From NCBI GenBank assembly GCA_004431415.1, contig QPMI01000647.1, positions 97,888 to 161,887 on the forward strand: a stretch of DNA of 64,000 bases, in the 5' to 3' direction. The notes below the pieces were generated by a model that was not told the DNA's origin, made no database searches, and saw only the letters and a program-made list of their open reading frames with translations. Of the stretch, positions 49,817 to 61,989 are shown in pieces; positions within the stretch are counted from its first letter, which is position 1, and each line of letters begins with the position of its first letter. Made by a program: the position numbers and the translations under genes. This DNA comes from Cyanophora paradoxa CCMP329. Lineage: Eukaryota > Plantae > Glaucophyta.

Positions 49817-52800
49817 CTTTCTTCTTCTTTCCTTTCTTGAGATTTGATCCGGTTTTTCCTAGGCGCTGGCGCTTTTGGGCGACCGCGTGCCGGAGACGGG
49901 CGGCGCCACGCTGCTCCGCGTCGCCGCCGAGCTCTTCCGCTACGTCTTCGTCAGGTCCGCCGCGCTTTCGTTTGTTTGTTTGTCGCTCTGACGCGGGGCC
50001 CTCGTCGCCGCTGCAGCGAGCGGGCGCAGCGGCGGCAGTCGCGGCGGGCGGCCCCCGAGGAGCTCAAGGCGCGCCACCTCTTAACTTATCTAATCCAACC
50101 TCTAATCTCTAACCTCTACTCTCAGGCTGCGACGGAGCGGTACGAAGCGTGGTGGCGCCTGCAGGATCTCTCGCTCTCGGCGGCGCGGCGCTGGGATTCG
50201 GTCCTCGCCTCCCTCACCCAGGTCCTTCCTTAGCTAGCTTCTCCCTTCTCTCAGCTTCTTTCTTTTCTCTTCTGAGCTTCGTTCTCGCGTCTACAGCTCA
50301 ACCTGGCGCACCTGGTGACGCCGGACCTACAGGCCCGCTGCCACGCTACCTGGGTGCGCCCCGCCCGCCCACCCGCCCGTTCCCTCCCTCGAGGCCGCCC
50401 GCCTCGCTCTCTCGAGCATCCGGCCTCCCTTCCACTGGCCTCGCCGCCGCCGCCGTGCTCGGACCGTGCACACACTCTGACGACGGCCCCTCGCCCCCTC
50501 CCCCTCCCCCCAGAGCGTCGTGCTGCGGGACTTTGGCCTCTCGGCGCTCGCGCAGCGCGAGTTCGTCAGGGCGCGCACCCTCGCCGAGGCCTCCGACTCC
50601 CTCCGCTCCCAGGTGCCCGGAAAGGCTAGGCTTGAAAGCTTATGGCAGCTTGAAAGGCTGTAGTTGCGAGTTGTAGCTCGAAGAGCTCTAGAAAAGCCGC
50701 CCGCCCGCCCGCCCGCACGGCCTGACGCCTCGCCTTCCTTCCCGCCCCCGCAGGGGATCGTGGCGCGGCTGGGGGCGCGCGTGTGCGCCTCGGCGTGCCG
50801 CTGGCGCGAGCTCGAGGCGGAGGCGGAGCTCGCCTGCCACGCCTTCGCCGAGGTCCGCCCCGCTCTCTGCACGCTCTGCTGTGCTCTACTGTGCGAGGGG
50901 CATTGATTAGATTGGGCTCTGATTAGTATTGGACAACTGCCTCCAATCTATGTTCTAGCTTCTTCTTTCAGCTTCAATCTAGTCCTAGCTCGCCTGCCAC
51001 GCCTCGTTTTGCCGTCGTTGCCTGCCGCGGCCCCTGACGCCCCGCCCCGCCCCGCCCGCCCCCCCGCAGACCTCGGACCTCTACGGCCTCTCGATGACCC
51101 TCGCGACGCGCGCCCAGGCCAACCTCGTCACCTACAAGGTGACCAGCGGAACGGATCCTACGTTTCTATCTATCTATCTAATTCCATCTATCTAATTACT
51201 ATCCTTGTAATCCTAGACGGCGTCGGACCTGGAGTGGTGCCGGGAGGTCGCCTGCCGCATCGAGGAGTGCGAGACGCTCGCCGCCTCCGAGTTCGGGGGG
51301 TACTCCGAAGGCGTCTACGTCCGCGTCGCCCTCGCCCTCCGCGTGCGTCGCTTTGATTGATTATAATTATCTTATCGATCCTTCTATCTATCTATCGCAT
51401 CGAACATCTATCTATCTACCTATCTACCTATCTATCTATCTGTGTATCTATCTTGAGAGAAACTGTCATCTTATTATAAGCATCGTCCACGTCGCCCTCG
51501 CCCTCCGCGTTGTTTGCTTACTGTTGTCCATGTTATTATTGTCGTGCATCTATCGTTTGTAGATATCTCTATCGATTGTCATGTCCGGCCCTCGTAATCT
51601 TAGAGACCGTTTACGCCTCGCGCCCGCATCCCTGCCCGCTTCTTCTCACATCTCCTTCTTCTTCTCCAGATGGGAGCCCTTCCGGAGTGCCTGGAGCTGC
51701 GGGCCCGCCTCAACCTGAAGCAGCTGGCGGCGACGGCGCGCTCGGCAGCCGCCTCCTCCGCCGCCTCCTCCTCCGCCGTCAAGCGCATGTCCTTCTCTGC
51801 GCGCTCCCGCTCCGCCTCGACGCCCACGACCGCCAACTCCAGCCGCCTGGTCCGTTGGCTGGGCTGGGCTTGGCTAGGCTTGCTCAAGGTCTTGGTTGGT
51901 TTTCTTTCTGACGCCGCGCCCGCCGGCAGCTCAACGGAGGGATGGGGGGCCAGGCCTCCGCCCGCACCCCCGGGGGCGCCGCGGTGCGGCCCCCCTGCCC
52001 CCCTCCCGCTCCCGCCCCGCCCCGCCCCGCCTCACGGATCCGCTCCGCTGCGCAGGGCCGCGCCGCGTCTTTCTCGGGAGGCGGCGGGGGCGCCTCGGGC
52101 GGCGCCGGCGCCGGCGCCGGCGCCCTCTCCATGCCCTCGGCCCGCGTCCTCTCCGCCTCGGCCGCCCTCTGCGCAGTCGGCGCCGCCGAGCGCGACCCGA
52201 GGCGCGTACCCCTCCCTCCCTCGCCTTTCGTGTACCCCTCCCTTACTTCCTTTGTTCGCAGGGAGGCGCTCCGCTGGGCGCGCCTCTTCGTCGACATGTA
52301 CGAGACTCCCGTCGCAATGGACTACTGGTGCCCGGACCCGCCGGGTGCGTGAGCGTCCGATCCGACCCGATCAGCGCCGCCTGAGCCGCCTGAGCCGTCT
52401 GAGACGCCTAATCTGATCTGATCTGAGCTCAGGTCTGGTGGCCGAGGCGCTTCTCTCGCTGCTCGAGCTGGCGGAGGCGCAGCGGCGCCAGTCCGAGGCC
52501 GACGCTGCGCCCGCCGCCGCGGAGTCCGAAGTGTCCTCCAAGCCCCGCCGGTGCGCCGCCCCCGCCCGGCCGCCGCCGGCTTCCTGGCTCGGCTGAGCAG
52601 CAGCTCCGGCTGGCTTGCCCCCCCCCTCCGGGGTACGCAGCTCGTCGGTGTACGCGTTCCTCTCGTCGCTGTACGACGTCGCTTCGTTCGGCACGTCGGC
52701 GCGGGCCCTGCGCCGCCGCTCCTCGACCGAGACGGTCAGATCGGATCAGATCAGATCAGATCGGATCGGATCGGAAGGGCCTGACGCGCGCTTCGTTCGT

Positions 52801-53988
52801 TCGCAGGGCCCCTCCACCGCCTCCAACAACACGGTCGCGACGCCCTTGCGAGGCCAGGGCCCCAGCTCGCCGGTACCCCCCGGGTCGCCCGGGCTGGCGG
52901 CTACCATCTCGCGGGGCGCGCTGCACTCGGGCGCCGCGTTGCCGGCGCTGGGCCCGGCCGCCAGCCCCTCCTTCGCGTCGACCGGGAGCTGGGTGCACAG
53001 CAGCCACGAGAGCCGCCGGTCGAGCCGCGGGCAGGGCCAGGGTCCGGCCCAGGGCGGGGCCCGCGAGGGCTGGGGCCCCGGTCCCCTCTCGGCCCCCGCC
53101 TCGGCCATCGCGGACGCGGACGGGGTCGGACTGCGCCTGGCGCCGAGCCGGCGGACCAGCGTCCGGGGCGCCTCGCCGCCCCGCAGCGCCAGCGCCGGCG
53201 CCGCCGCTGCTGCGGACCGCGATCGCGATCGCGAGGCGCTGCCGGCCGCCCCGGCCGCCGCCCCGGCCGCCGCCGCCGCCGAAACGTCGAGCACGAGCCG
53301 CCGGCGCTCGAGCAGCGGCCTGAGCCGCAAGCAGAGCGCCGCCTCGGGCGCCTCGGGCGCCTCGGGCCTCCTCCCGACCGTCAACGAGGCCGCCGGGTCG
53401 TCCCGGGGCGGCGACGGCAGCAGCCCGGTACCCCCCGGCGCCCCCGCCGTGGTCTTTGCAGGCGGCTGGCTGCCCGGCGGCGAGCGGGAGGCGGCGCAGC
53501 ATGGGAGCCCCACGGCGGCGGCGGCGGCGCGCGGGCCGAGCTGGCACGCGCGCAGCGGTGCGAGCCAGGCGGTGCTGGGCATGGCCCGCGAGGAGATCCG
53601 CCACCTCGTCCGCCGGCTCGCACGCGCCCTCGAGCGCATCGCGCCCAAGCACCGCTCCGTCGGGCCCCGCGCCTTCTGGCTCCGAGGCCTCCTCCACGAC
53701 TCGGAGGGCCGCCCCGACAAGGCAGCCCGCACCTGGCTCCGGGGCCTCCGCCAGGCCGAGTCGCAGCGTATGCCGCCCGATGCGGCGCTGCTCTGCGCGG
53801 AGCTGGGGGCGCGCGGGCGGCCCCCGCACGTCTCCGAGGCCGCCGCCCGCACCTACGCCGACCGCGCCGCCGCATTCTTCGAGCGCGCCGGCGTCCCCGC
53901 CTACGCCCGGCGGTACGGGTTCGCCTCTTCGGCGGCCTCGTCCGCCCCCGCCGCGGCGCCCGCCTCGCCGCCCCCCGAGACGGCCTGA
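40592..53988 (+). CDS. Soluble-adenylyl-cyclase (ADCY10/sAC)-like class III nucleotide cyclase with two catalytic domains, a STAND P-loop and a TPR-like C-terminus
   Basis: C1: VISCDLTGFT, GVEAL, LNTFFQEQIGVLTKYGADV|VGILGDCV, AARCALELQ, LRVKVAIGAG, YFITGPAVDQV. C2: MRQFIQDDK|GDIVLLAIFGLPP, VTTGRAFCSLIGDVHSRCEYAVLGAVVNLAARIM, LKGLQG. STAND: LVGRAYE, LIVEAEAGHGKTML, VLVFEDAHW|ADSASW, TAGLPFF, ICSRIDRLD, LKVASVCG, FSHNLIR|DVAYSL. Stop at 53986-53988. Confidence 0.92.
51160..51460. repeat. Intronic (TCTA)n microsatellite patches
   Basis: tctatctatctatct at ~51165-51180 and degenerate TCTA runs at 51383-51452. Similar (GATCA/GATCG)n runs at 47090-47120, 52410-52430 and 52735-52772, and (GAGCTA)n at 37467-37495. 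Confidence 0.8.
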
Positions 53989-54886
53989 CCGGGCCCTTCC
54001 TTTCAAATGCTTGCCTTCTCCCTTTCGATTTTCGCAGCCTGTGCGCTGCACGCTTTTTTCGGTGTAACATAGATAGCTTTTAGGAACTATTGTGACAGAC
54101 CCAGGGCTAGGTTCATACAAGGCGTAGTAGCTCCATGCCATGATGCTTGTTTCTTTAAAACAGCTAGTCATGTATCAGAAGATCCAGAGCCTCGCGCGAT
54201 TTTGCTCCATCGTCGTCTCTTTCGCAGCCAATTGATGTGATCTTAGGGTCGTGGTTGCTCATCTTGTTCTCAGCGTGCGTAGCTTTAGTGTACCGTGAGA
54301 ACACTTCGACTTTTTTTGGCCTGGATTAGGGTCCTCGAGCTCCTTAATTCATTCCCCGAATCTGATGAGCGTTTTGTTTGTGCGTAGGGAGAGTGTCTAT
54401 GATACAGTCTTTTAGGTAGTAGCTGGCTTTAATTTTCCATCGGCATTACTATCTCAATATCAGGGCTCCGTAATTAATTACATAATTGCGTGCTCAAAAT
54501 CGTACTACGGTGTACTTCAGAATCGTACTACGGTGTACGGAGATATCTCAATATCACGTCTCCGTAAGTATAGTATTGATTACTTGTATCTATCGTATTT
54601 GCTGTACATGTGCGAATTCAACCTATAGCTATCAGCGTCGATCGCGGCGCCCACGGTGAGGATCATCGGATCATCGGATTGAGGTCCGAGATCCGGGCAT
54701 TTGGATGCGCAGCTGCCGCAGTGCGCATGCCGCAGTGCAGCGCAGGGCGGCTCAGCGCTAGCGGCTTCGGGATTCACGCATGCATCATGGCATGCCGATC
54801 GCGAGGGCTCAGATCTAGAAGAAAAACTGTTCGAATCCCCCCCCCCCCTGCATGCGCAGCTGAAGCTTAAGCTTGAAGAAGACCTA

Positions 54887-55074
54887 CTGTCATGGTATTA
54901 TGTTAGACGGGTATTAAGTTAGGCGCGGATAGACGAGAATCCTTAAAAGGGGGTATACCATATATAGTACCTCGTCTAACCAGAACCTCGTCTAACTTTG
55001 TCCACGTCTATCATGGTGGGTGGGCAAATTTTAAACGTCTAACTAAACACCCGCCTAAAATAATACCATGACAG
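54887..55074. mobile_element. MITE (188 bp) with ~39 bp terminal inverted repeats and TA target-site duplication, Tc1/mariner (Stowaway-like) type
   Basis: Left end: TA|ctgtcatggtattatgttagacgggtattaagttaggcg. The right end reverse-complements to ctgtcatggtattattttaggcgggtgtttagttagacg (5 mismatches in 39) and is followed by TA at 55075-55076. Internal acctcgtctaac occurs twice. It sits in AT-rich intergenic DNA. Confidence 0.85.
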
Positions 55075-55298
55075 TATTATGTTCAACGGTTCCCCCTGGA
55101 AGAAAATCTGCCAGCATTGATCGCGCTGTGAACAGTCGAACTCACAGAATGGATTTTGATATCTGCCAACCAGGCTGGCTCCTGGCTGCAGCTTCCAGCA
55201 GTTGTGCCAGTGTGTCTGTCAAGTGGCGTTTCCTAGCTATATAGTAGATCAAGCGATGCGCCCGACGGGCGCTGAAGGGCGTTAACGTTCGGCTGCTA

Positions 55299-56581
55299 CT
55301 ACGAGGCGGCCGAGAAGCGGCTGAGGACGCTGAAGCGGAGGGCCAGTGGCCCGAGCAGCGGGTGGGTACGCAGTAAGCAGGCCACGTTGCTCCACTGGCG
55401 GACCTCGAACCGCTCGCTCCAGCAGCCGCCCGTGAGTTTGTAGAAGGGCCCCGGCGTCATCAGGAAGCACTCGTACCCCCGCTCCGCGATCGTGCGCGTG
55501 ACGTCACGCAGGGACCGCTCGCGCCAGAGGCCCCAGCGGTGGTGCTCGAACGTGAAGAGGCCCACGGCGCGCCGGGAGAGGGTCCCGTTCATCCCGTCCA
55601 GCACGGCCGGGTCCCACCCCTCCGCGTCGATCTTCATGTAGTCCACCTGCGGGAGGGCTCGCGGTCAGCGCGGCCGCGAACAAGAGCAGGGATGAGCGCG
55701 GGGCGCGCGGACGCACGTAGTCGATGCCGAGCTCGCCCAGGAGCGTGTCGACGCGGCGGACGGGCGTGAGGACGCCCCGGCCCCGCTCCGAGATGTGGCA
55801 GAGCTCGCAGCCCTGCTCCCCGTAGTTATCCTCGAAGTGAACCATCCCTGCGAACGCGCGCGTCGGGAGCTCAGCGGCGGGCGCGGGCGCGGGCGCGGCG
55901 GAAGCGGCGGCGCGGACCGTCCTCGCTGGAGGCGGCCATCCACAGGACGTGCATGTTCGCGCCGAACTGCGCCTGGAGCCGCTCCAGCACGTCGCAGTTC
56001 GCGCGGCTGGGCTCAACGGCGTAGACCTGCGCACCCGCGCCAGGAATCAGGCGCGCGAAGCGCCCGAAAGTACGGCGCGCATGCGCACCGTCGGGCGGCG
56101 CGGGTCGCCGAGGCCGCAGATGGGGGCGAGCCCGCGGGCGTACTCGCGCGCGACGGTCTCCGCCGCGAGGTTGCCCCACAGGTGGAAGTACTCGTAGACG
56201 GAGAAGCCCTTGTTGGCGCCGATGTCGACGATGACCTTGTTCGGGCTGGGATCGAAGGCTGCGCTCCGCGTCGGCGACCGCTGGCGCTTCGGCGGCGCAG
56301 GCGAGCGCACCCCGATACAAGTGGAGCAGCGCCGACGCGTCGCAACAGCCCAGCACGAACTCGCTCTCGCCGACGCTGAAGCGCTCCTCCTGCGCCGATC
56401 GCAGGCGCTCGTCGCACGCGTACTCCTCCGCCACTGCTCCATCCCGCGGCTGGCCGCCGCTCGCTGCGGCTGCGCGTGCGACGAGCAGGTGGAGGGACAG
56501 CTGGACGCAGAGCACCACGAGCCAAGGGCGGCCAGCGCTCGCCGGGCCGCCCCCGCCCCGCTTGCTACCTCGCATCCGCAT
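55299..56581 (-). CDS. FkbM-family SAM-dependent methyltransferase with an N-terminal signal/TM anchor
   Basis: WLVVLCVQLSLHLLVA hydrophobic segment; KVIVDIGANKG; VYAVEPSRANCDVL; PVRRVDTLLGELGIDY|VDYMKIDAEGWDPAVLDG; FTFEHH; GYECF; WSNVAC. Confidence 0.9.
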
Positions 56582-57462
56582 GACCGCCGCTCATCTGCAC
56601 CCGCATGCGCTCGCGGCGAGGAGGGAAGGCGTGCTCAACCCGGACTGCTCGGCTAGCTATGCCTCGCTGTCAAATGAAATTGAGCCCCGCGGACTCGGCG
56701 TGGAACTTCGAAAATGCGGGTGGGCTCGCGCTTCGAGGAACACCTTGATAACTTGGTGGCCTGCGGCCAAAAGTTCGGCGCAAGCCGTTGTGGCTTGAGC
56801 TATGAGCTTGAGCCTGAGCCACGTGCACGAAGCTTGCAATGCATGGGCTCTGCCTTGAGCTTGAGCTGAAGCTCTGCGAGCTTGAACTACAGCTCTTCGA
56901 GCTTGAACTAGAGCTCTACGAACTTGTTAACAAGCCTGATGTGCTCGTTCTGTGCGGCTTGAGTTAGTTCCGAGTTGAATTGACGTGTACCCCACTTTTA
57001 TCGCTGTACCCCTTCTCGCGATCGAAGTTCGCGCTCCTCTCCTGGTGCGTGGGGGCGACTTTGATGATGTTGCGCATCATCTACATCCTCATTGGACTCG
57101 TGAACATCGATATCGGAGTCCCCCGCTCTACTGTCTTGGGCGTGGTGATGGGTGACACATTCGCGATCAGACGGTTCTTAGTGATCATGCTGTTTTTGAA
57201 GCCGGAATCGCATTTCGACGGCATGTTTTCAACTTTTGAGAAAAACGTCTGGAGATATGAGTCTTCTCCACCTTTTTAGCGTCTTTGCGGGGCGTGCGAT
57301 ACGTTCTTTGTGCAGCGAGACGTATTGACAGAATTTTGTATGAGAGCCATGAACTTAGAAGCAATTAACGGCTTGCGCCGAAAAGCTAGAAGCGCTTGTA
57401 CCCCCGCCCGCGAGCCGGTGAGGCTTCAGGCCCCAGCGGCCCAGCGGCTCCAGGAATCGACA

Positions 57463-60400
57463 ATGGCAGCCTACGATGACTTCTCGTCGATTGCATCGTC
57501 TATGCCGTCAGCCCGGTCCGAGAGGCCGGTGCGCCCTCGTTTTGAACGAGCGGATGCGCTGGGCCTAACGCGGCTTGTTTGCCAGAATTCATTCCAGCCG
57601 ACACTCGATGAGGCGCTGCGGGTCGTTCAGCTGGGCGACGAGCTGCTCAAGCTGTCGAGAACCGGGCGACTGGAGCTCCGGAAGTTCAGGCTCGATCTGA
57701 AGACCGGAACGCTCTACTGGTATTCCAGCAGCGAGCTCGTCGACCTTTTCCGGAGCAAGACTCGCTCCAGTGCGGCCCGACCCTCAGCGGACGTTAGCTA
57801 GCTGGCAGCCCTGACGCTGCCCGCAGTTCGGCTCACTAGCATTCGCGAGGTCCACATTGGCCAGCAGGGCAGTCCGAACTTCGCCGCTTTCCGCGCCCAG
57901 AACCCGGAGCTCGTCCGCATGGAGCCTCGGTCTTTCTACCTCGTTCTTGTGCGGCGCCAGCCCGCCGGGCACTTCTGGCCTTCTTTCGCTGACTTCTTCT
58001 CCCAGTCGAACACACCCGATCGGCGCCAGACCCTCGATCTCATCGCCCGCAATGCCCAGGCTCTGCAGTACTGGACCATGGCACTCAACTTTGCGGTGTT
58101 CCGCAAGAAGTACGCGGGCGCTTCTGCGATCTTTCCGACGTTTTGGACTCACTCCGAACGTTTCCAGCGCCCCGGCCCCGCCCCCGCCGCAGCCGATCTT
58201 GGTCCAGGTCCACACTCCCATCGGGATGCACTACCAGTGCGTGGGGCTCGCTTTTCCGGCCCCCGAAAGGCTTTCAGAAGCTATCTAGTTAGCTAGATTG
58301 GAGGCCCCCGGGGGATCGTGCCGCGCGGGTCTCCCGACGCTGATCGGTTTTCCCCTCTCGCAGGTGGCTCCGCCGCTTCTGGGATCGCTACATTACGATG
58401 ACGACGACCCAAAGGCTCCAGATCCACGTCCTGTGGGAGGTCATTTCCAGGTGCTGCGCCTCCGCCCGCCGTGTCTCTTTCTCTCTTTCTTCCTTTGCCC
58501 TTCTCCTTCTGACGGCGCGCCGCAGCATGAAGCTCGGCCTGCGGAAGGTCTACGTCGATCGCCTCGTGGACGTGCGCTCTGCCGCGCTCTCTTCGATCCC
58601 GTTCCGCGCCGACGGGTCGTCCGCAGGCCTTCCGCTCCCGGGGCAAGACCGATCTGACGTTCGAAGAGTTCTCGGCGGTCCGTCGCCTCGCCCCGCCCCG
58701 CTTCGCGCTCCGCCGCTCAGCGAACGCTTCGCCCCTCAGGTCATCCTGGACCTCTGCACGCGCCCCGAGATCGTGGCGCTCTTCGACGCGTACGCCGCGC
58801 CGGGGAAGGGCTACTGGACGGCCGAGACCCTCGAGCGCTTCATCCACACCGAGCAGCGGGTGAGCGAGGAGGGGCCCGCCACTAGTCGGCGAACGCTCCC
58901 TCACGGGCGGCAGGACAACACCGTGGACATCTACGCGTGCCGGGACATCATCGAGGAGTTCGACGGGATGCCGATCCTGGACGGGACGGTGCCCCAGGGC
59001 GAGGAGGAGCTCGGCATGCACCTCTTCGGCTTCCTCCGCTTCATGACCTCTTTCGCCCACAACAGCGCCTTCTCCGCGAAGAAGCAGGAGGTGCAATGCC
59101 GAGCTCCTCCTCCCTTCCTCCTCTCCTCCTCCTCCTCATCCTCTTCCTCCCCCCCGCAGGACGTGTATCAGGACATGGACCAGCCCTTCGCGCACTACTT
59201 CATCGCCTCGGCGGCCGCCTTCCAGCCGCACGACCTCAAGCACCGGCAGCAGGCCCTCGACCTCTACCGAAACCTGCTCCGCACCGGCTGCCGCTGCCTC
59301 GAGAGTGCGCGCGCGGCCCGTACCTCCCCTCGCTCCCCTACCTCGAGCCCGCGCGCCCCCCCGCAGTCCAGGTGTTCCGCGTGGGGACGCAGCTCTGCAT
59401 CACGCCGACGCCCTTCATGCACGGCGACCTCATCACCGTCGCCGACGTGCTCCGCACCATCGAGCAGTTCGGCTTCGAGTCCTCCCAGTGAGCCCGCTAG
59501 TTAGCTAGCTAGCTTTCCTCTTCCCTAGCTCCCTTCTGACTTCTCTCTCCACTCCTTCAGCTTCCCGCTCGTGCTCTCGTTCGACATGCACCTGGACGAG
59601 CCGGACCGCGAGGCTGTCGCCCGCATGATCACCCAGACCTTCGGCCGTGCGCCCGCCCCAGCGCCCCCCCGTCCGTCCGCCCCTGACCAGAGCGCCAGAG
59701 CGCCTGTACCACATCCGGGGCTTCCTGGATAGGTACCTGACGCCTCGCCAGCTCGCCGGGCGCGTTCTCGTCAAGGTTCGCTCAGCCGGGGGCCTGGGCG
59801 CAACGCTAAGCCGGCCGGACGCTTGGCTGAGGCACGTCCGTCCGTCCGTCCCGCCCGCGGCCAGATGCACACGCCGGGCTTCAGCGACGACAGCGGCGTC
59901 GTGACCGCCCGCCGGGACGGTCGCACCTCCTCGTTCCAGGCACGGCCGTACCCCTCCCCGCTCTCCAGCCCTAACTAACGCCCCGGGACGGCAGGACTGG
60001 GACGAGTCGTGGGCGGACCGGCCCTCGCGCGTGGGGCCGTACCCCGGCAACCCGCGGAGCCAGCCCTGGAATGACGTGATGGCGTACACGCCGCGCGTGC
60101 GGGACGACGGCTTCGCGGGCTCCTCCACCGCCGGCGCCCGCCAGGCGCAGATCGACCTCAGCGAGGTTTCCCCTCCCCCTCCCCCTCCCCTCCCCTCCCC
60201 TCCCCTCCCCCCCCCCCCCCCCCCCCCCTTCGAGGGCGCCGGCGCGGCCGACGCCGGCGGCCCGCGGCGCAGGTTCGAATGGAGGCGGCGGAGTTCGAGG
60301 ACACCCTGCGGATGACTTCGCCCGAGGCGATGGACGAGGGCCGCAAGTCCCTTACCGCGTCGGCGCTCACGGTCCGCGGGGGGTACGGCAAGTGGCAGGG

Positions 60401-61693
60401 CGGCGACCCCGCCCCCGGCCGCATCTACCGCGTCGCTTCGAAGGCGCCTCGCGGCCTTACCGAGTGCGGCCCCGTACCCCCCCCGCGAGCTTTCGTACCT
60501 TCCGCTCCCTTCTGATGGCGTACCCCCAGGTTCACGAAGAAGTACATCATCCAGGCATACGGGCGGAACCAGGGGCTGGAGGCGCCGAACTACGACGCGA
60601 TACCCCTCTGGACGGGCGGCGTCCAGATCTGCTCCCTCAACTACCTCATCCACGACCGCTCTATGGTCCGCCGCCTCCTGTACCCCCCTCCCCCCGACAC
60701 GAACCGCCTTCGAACTCTGTACCCCCGCAGTACTTCAACGCGGGCAAGTTCCGCGACAACGGATCCAGCGGATACGTCCTCAAGGCCCGCCGCCCCGCCA
60801 CGCGTCTTACCCCCCCCCCCTCCCGCTGAATCGGGTACCCCCGCAGCCTCTGTACATGCGCGCGGCGGACGCGGGGGCGTACGCCGATCTCTTCTCTCTC
60901 AACCTGCAGCCCGTGATGACCCTGAAGGTACCCCTACCCTGGCGGATCGGTCCAGAGGGGGGGTAGAGAGGTCTGACGGGTGTACCCCGCAGGTTAAGAT
61001 CATCAGCGGGCAGCAGCTGTACTTGGAGGGAGAGGACGCAGAGTCCACGGCGCCGACCCGGCCCTACGTCGAGCTGGAGATGGTCGGCGCGCCTGCCGAT
61101 TGCCGCTACTACAAGACTGGCATCCAGCGGAACGGGTTCGACCCCGTCTGGAACCAGAACTACGAGTTCCCCCTCGGTCCGCCCCTTCTTTCCTTTCTCG
61201 CCCCTCGTTCGTCTTCGCCTGACGCCGGGATTCAGCGGCGGGCGCCCTCGCGCTGCTCCGCATCGCTGTGTACAACCTGAGGCCCTCTGCTGGCCTCTCG
61301 GACGGTGCGCGGCGCGCGCGCCCGCGATGCGCCCCCTTCTCTTTCACCCTCCTGAGCCCGACTTCCGCCCGCGCTCAGACCTGACGGCGTCGCGGGCTGG
61401 CTCGCCCGCGCACCCGCTCGCCTCCTCCGTCTCTTCGATGCAGTCGGTGGCGCTGGGCAACAACGGCGTGGCGGACCCGCTGCAGGTGACAATAATGATA
61501 ATGACGACGTCTCCGTCTCCGGCCGGGAAGGAATTCGAACGAATTGCTCGCTCGCGCGCAGGACCGGCTGATCGGGCACGAAGTGATCCCCATCTCGGCG
61601 ATGCAGCTCGGGTTCCGGCACGTGCACCTCAAGACGGCCTCGGGGGCGCCCATCCCCCACGGCACTGTCTTCTGCCACTTCAGCTACGAGTAG
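57463..61693 (+). CDS. Phosphoinositide phospholipase C delta-like protein (PH, EF, X, Y, C2) with degenerate catalytic residues
   Basis: PH GDELLKLSRTG...IREVHIG...TLDLIA; EF LCTRPEIVALFDAYA; X VYQDMDQPFAHYFIAS...GCRCLE...FPLVLSFDMH...AGRVLVK; Y NYDAIPLWTGGVQICSLNY...NAGKFRDNGSSGYVLK|P; C2 VKIISGQQL, PYVELEMVG, NGFDPVWNQ, GFRHVHL. Stop at 61691-61693. Confidence 0.92.
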
Positions 61694-61989
61694 CCCTAGG
61701 ACAGGGCTGCCAGGCTGTGCGGCGCGTGTGTCGGTGTATACGTATTCCAGGATTTCTTCGATCTGCGATCGAATCCTCTGTGATCGGTGCTGGTCACCTT
61801 GTAGTCGTGCGGCCACACGTACCCCTCTCGGCCAGTTGGGTTTGGATCGGAGCGGAGGTGGCCAGTTCGAGTTTGGGCGGCACTGTGTTATGCACATGTA
61901 CGTCTTCGTCCTTGTTAGCTATAGCCTATAGGCCGTGGTTACGTCGCCGTCGACGGCGCGGCGGCACGCAAGCGCGCGGGATCTCCGGG

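Noticed and set aside
56780-57400. 99-aa hydrophobic + ORF (56980-57279) and gagctt-type repeats in a lower-GC segment
   Set aside because: It has a non-ATG start, atypical codon use and no recognisable motif. It lies between divergent genes and is treated as intergenic.
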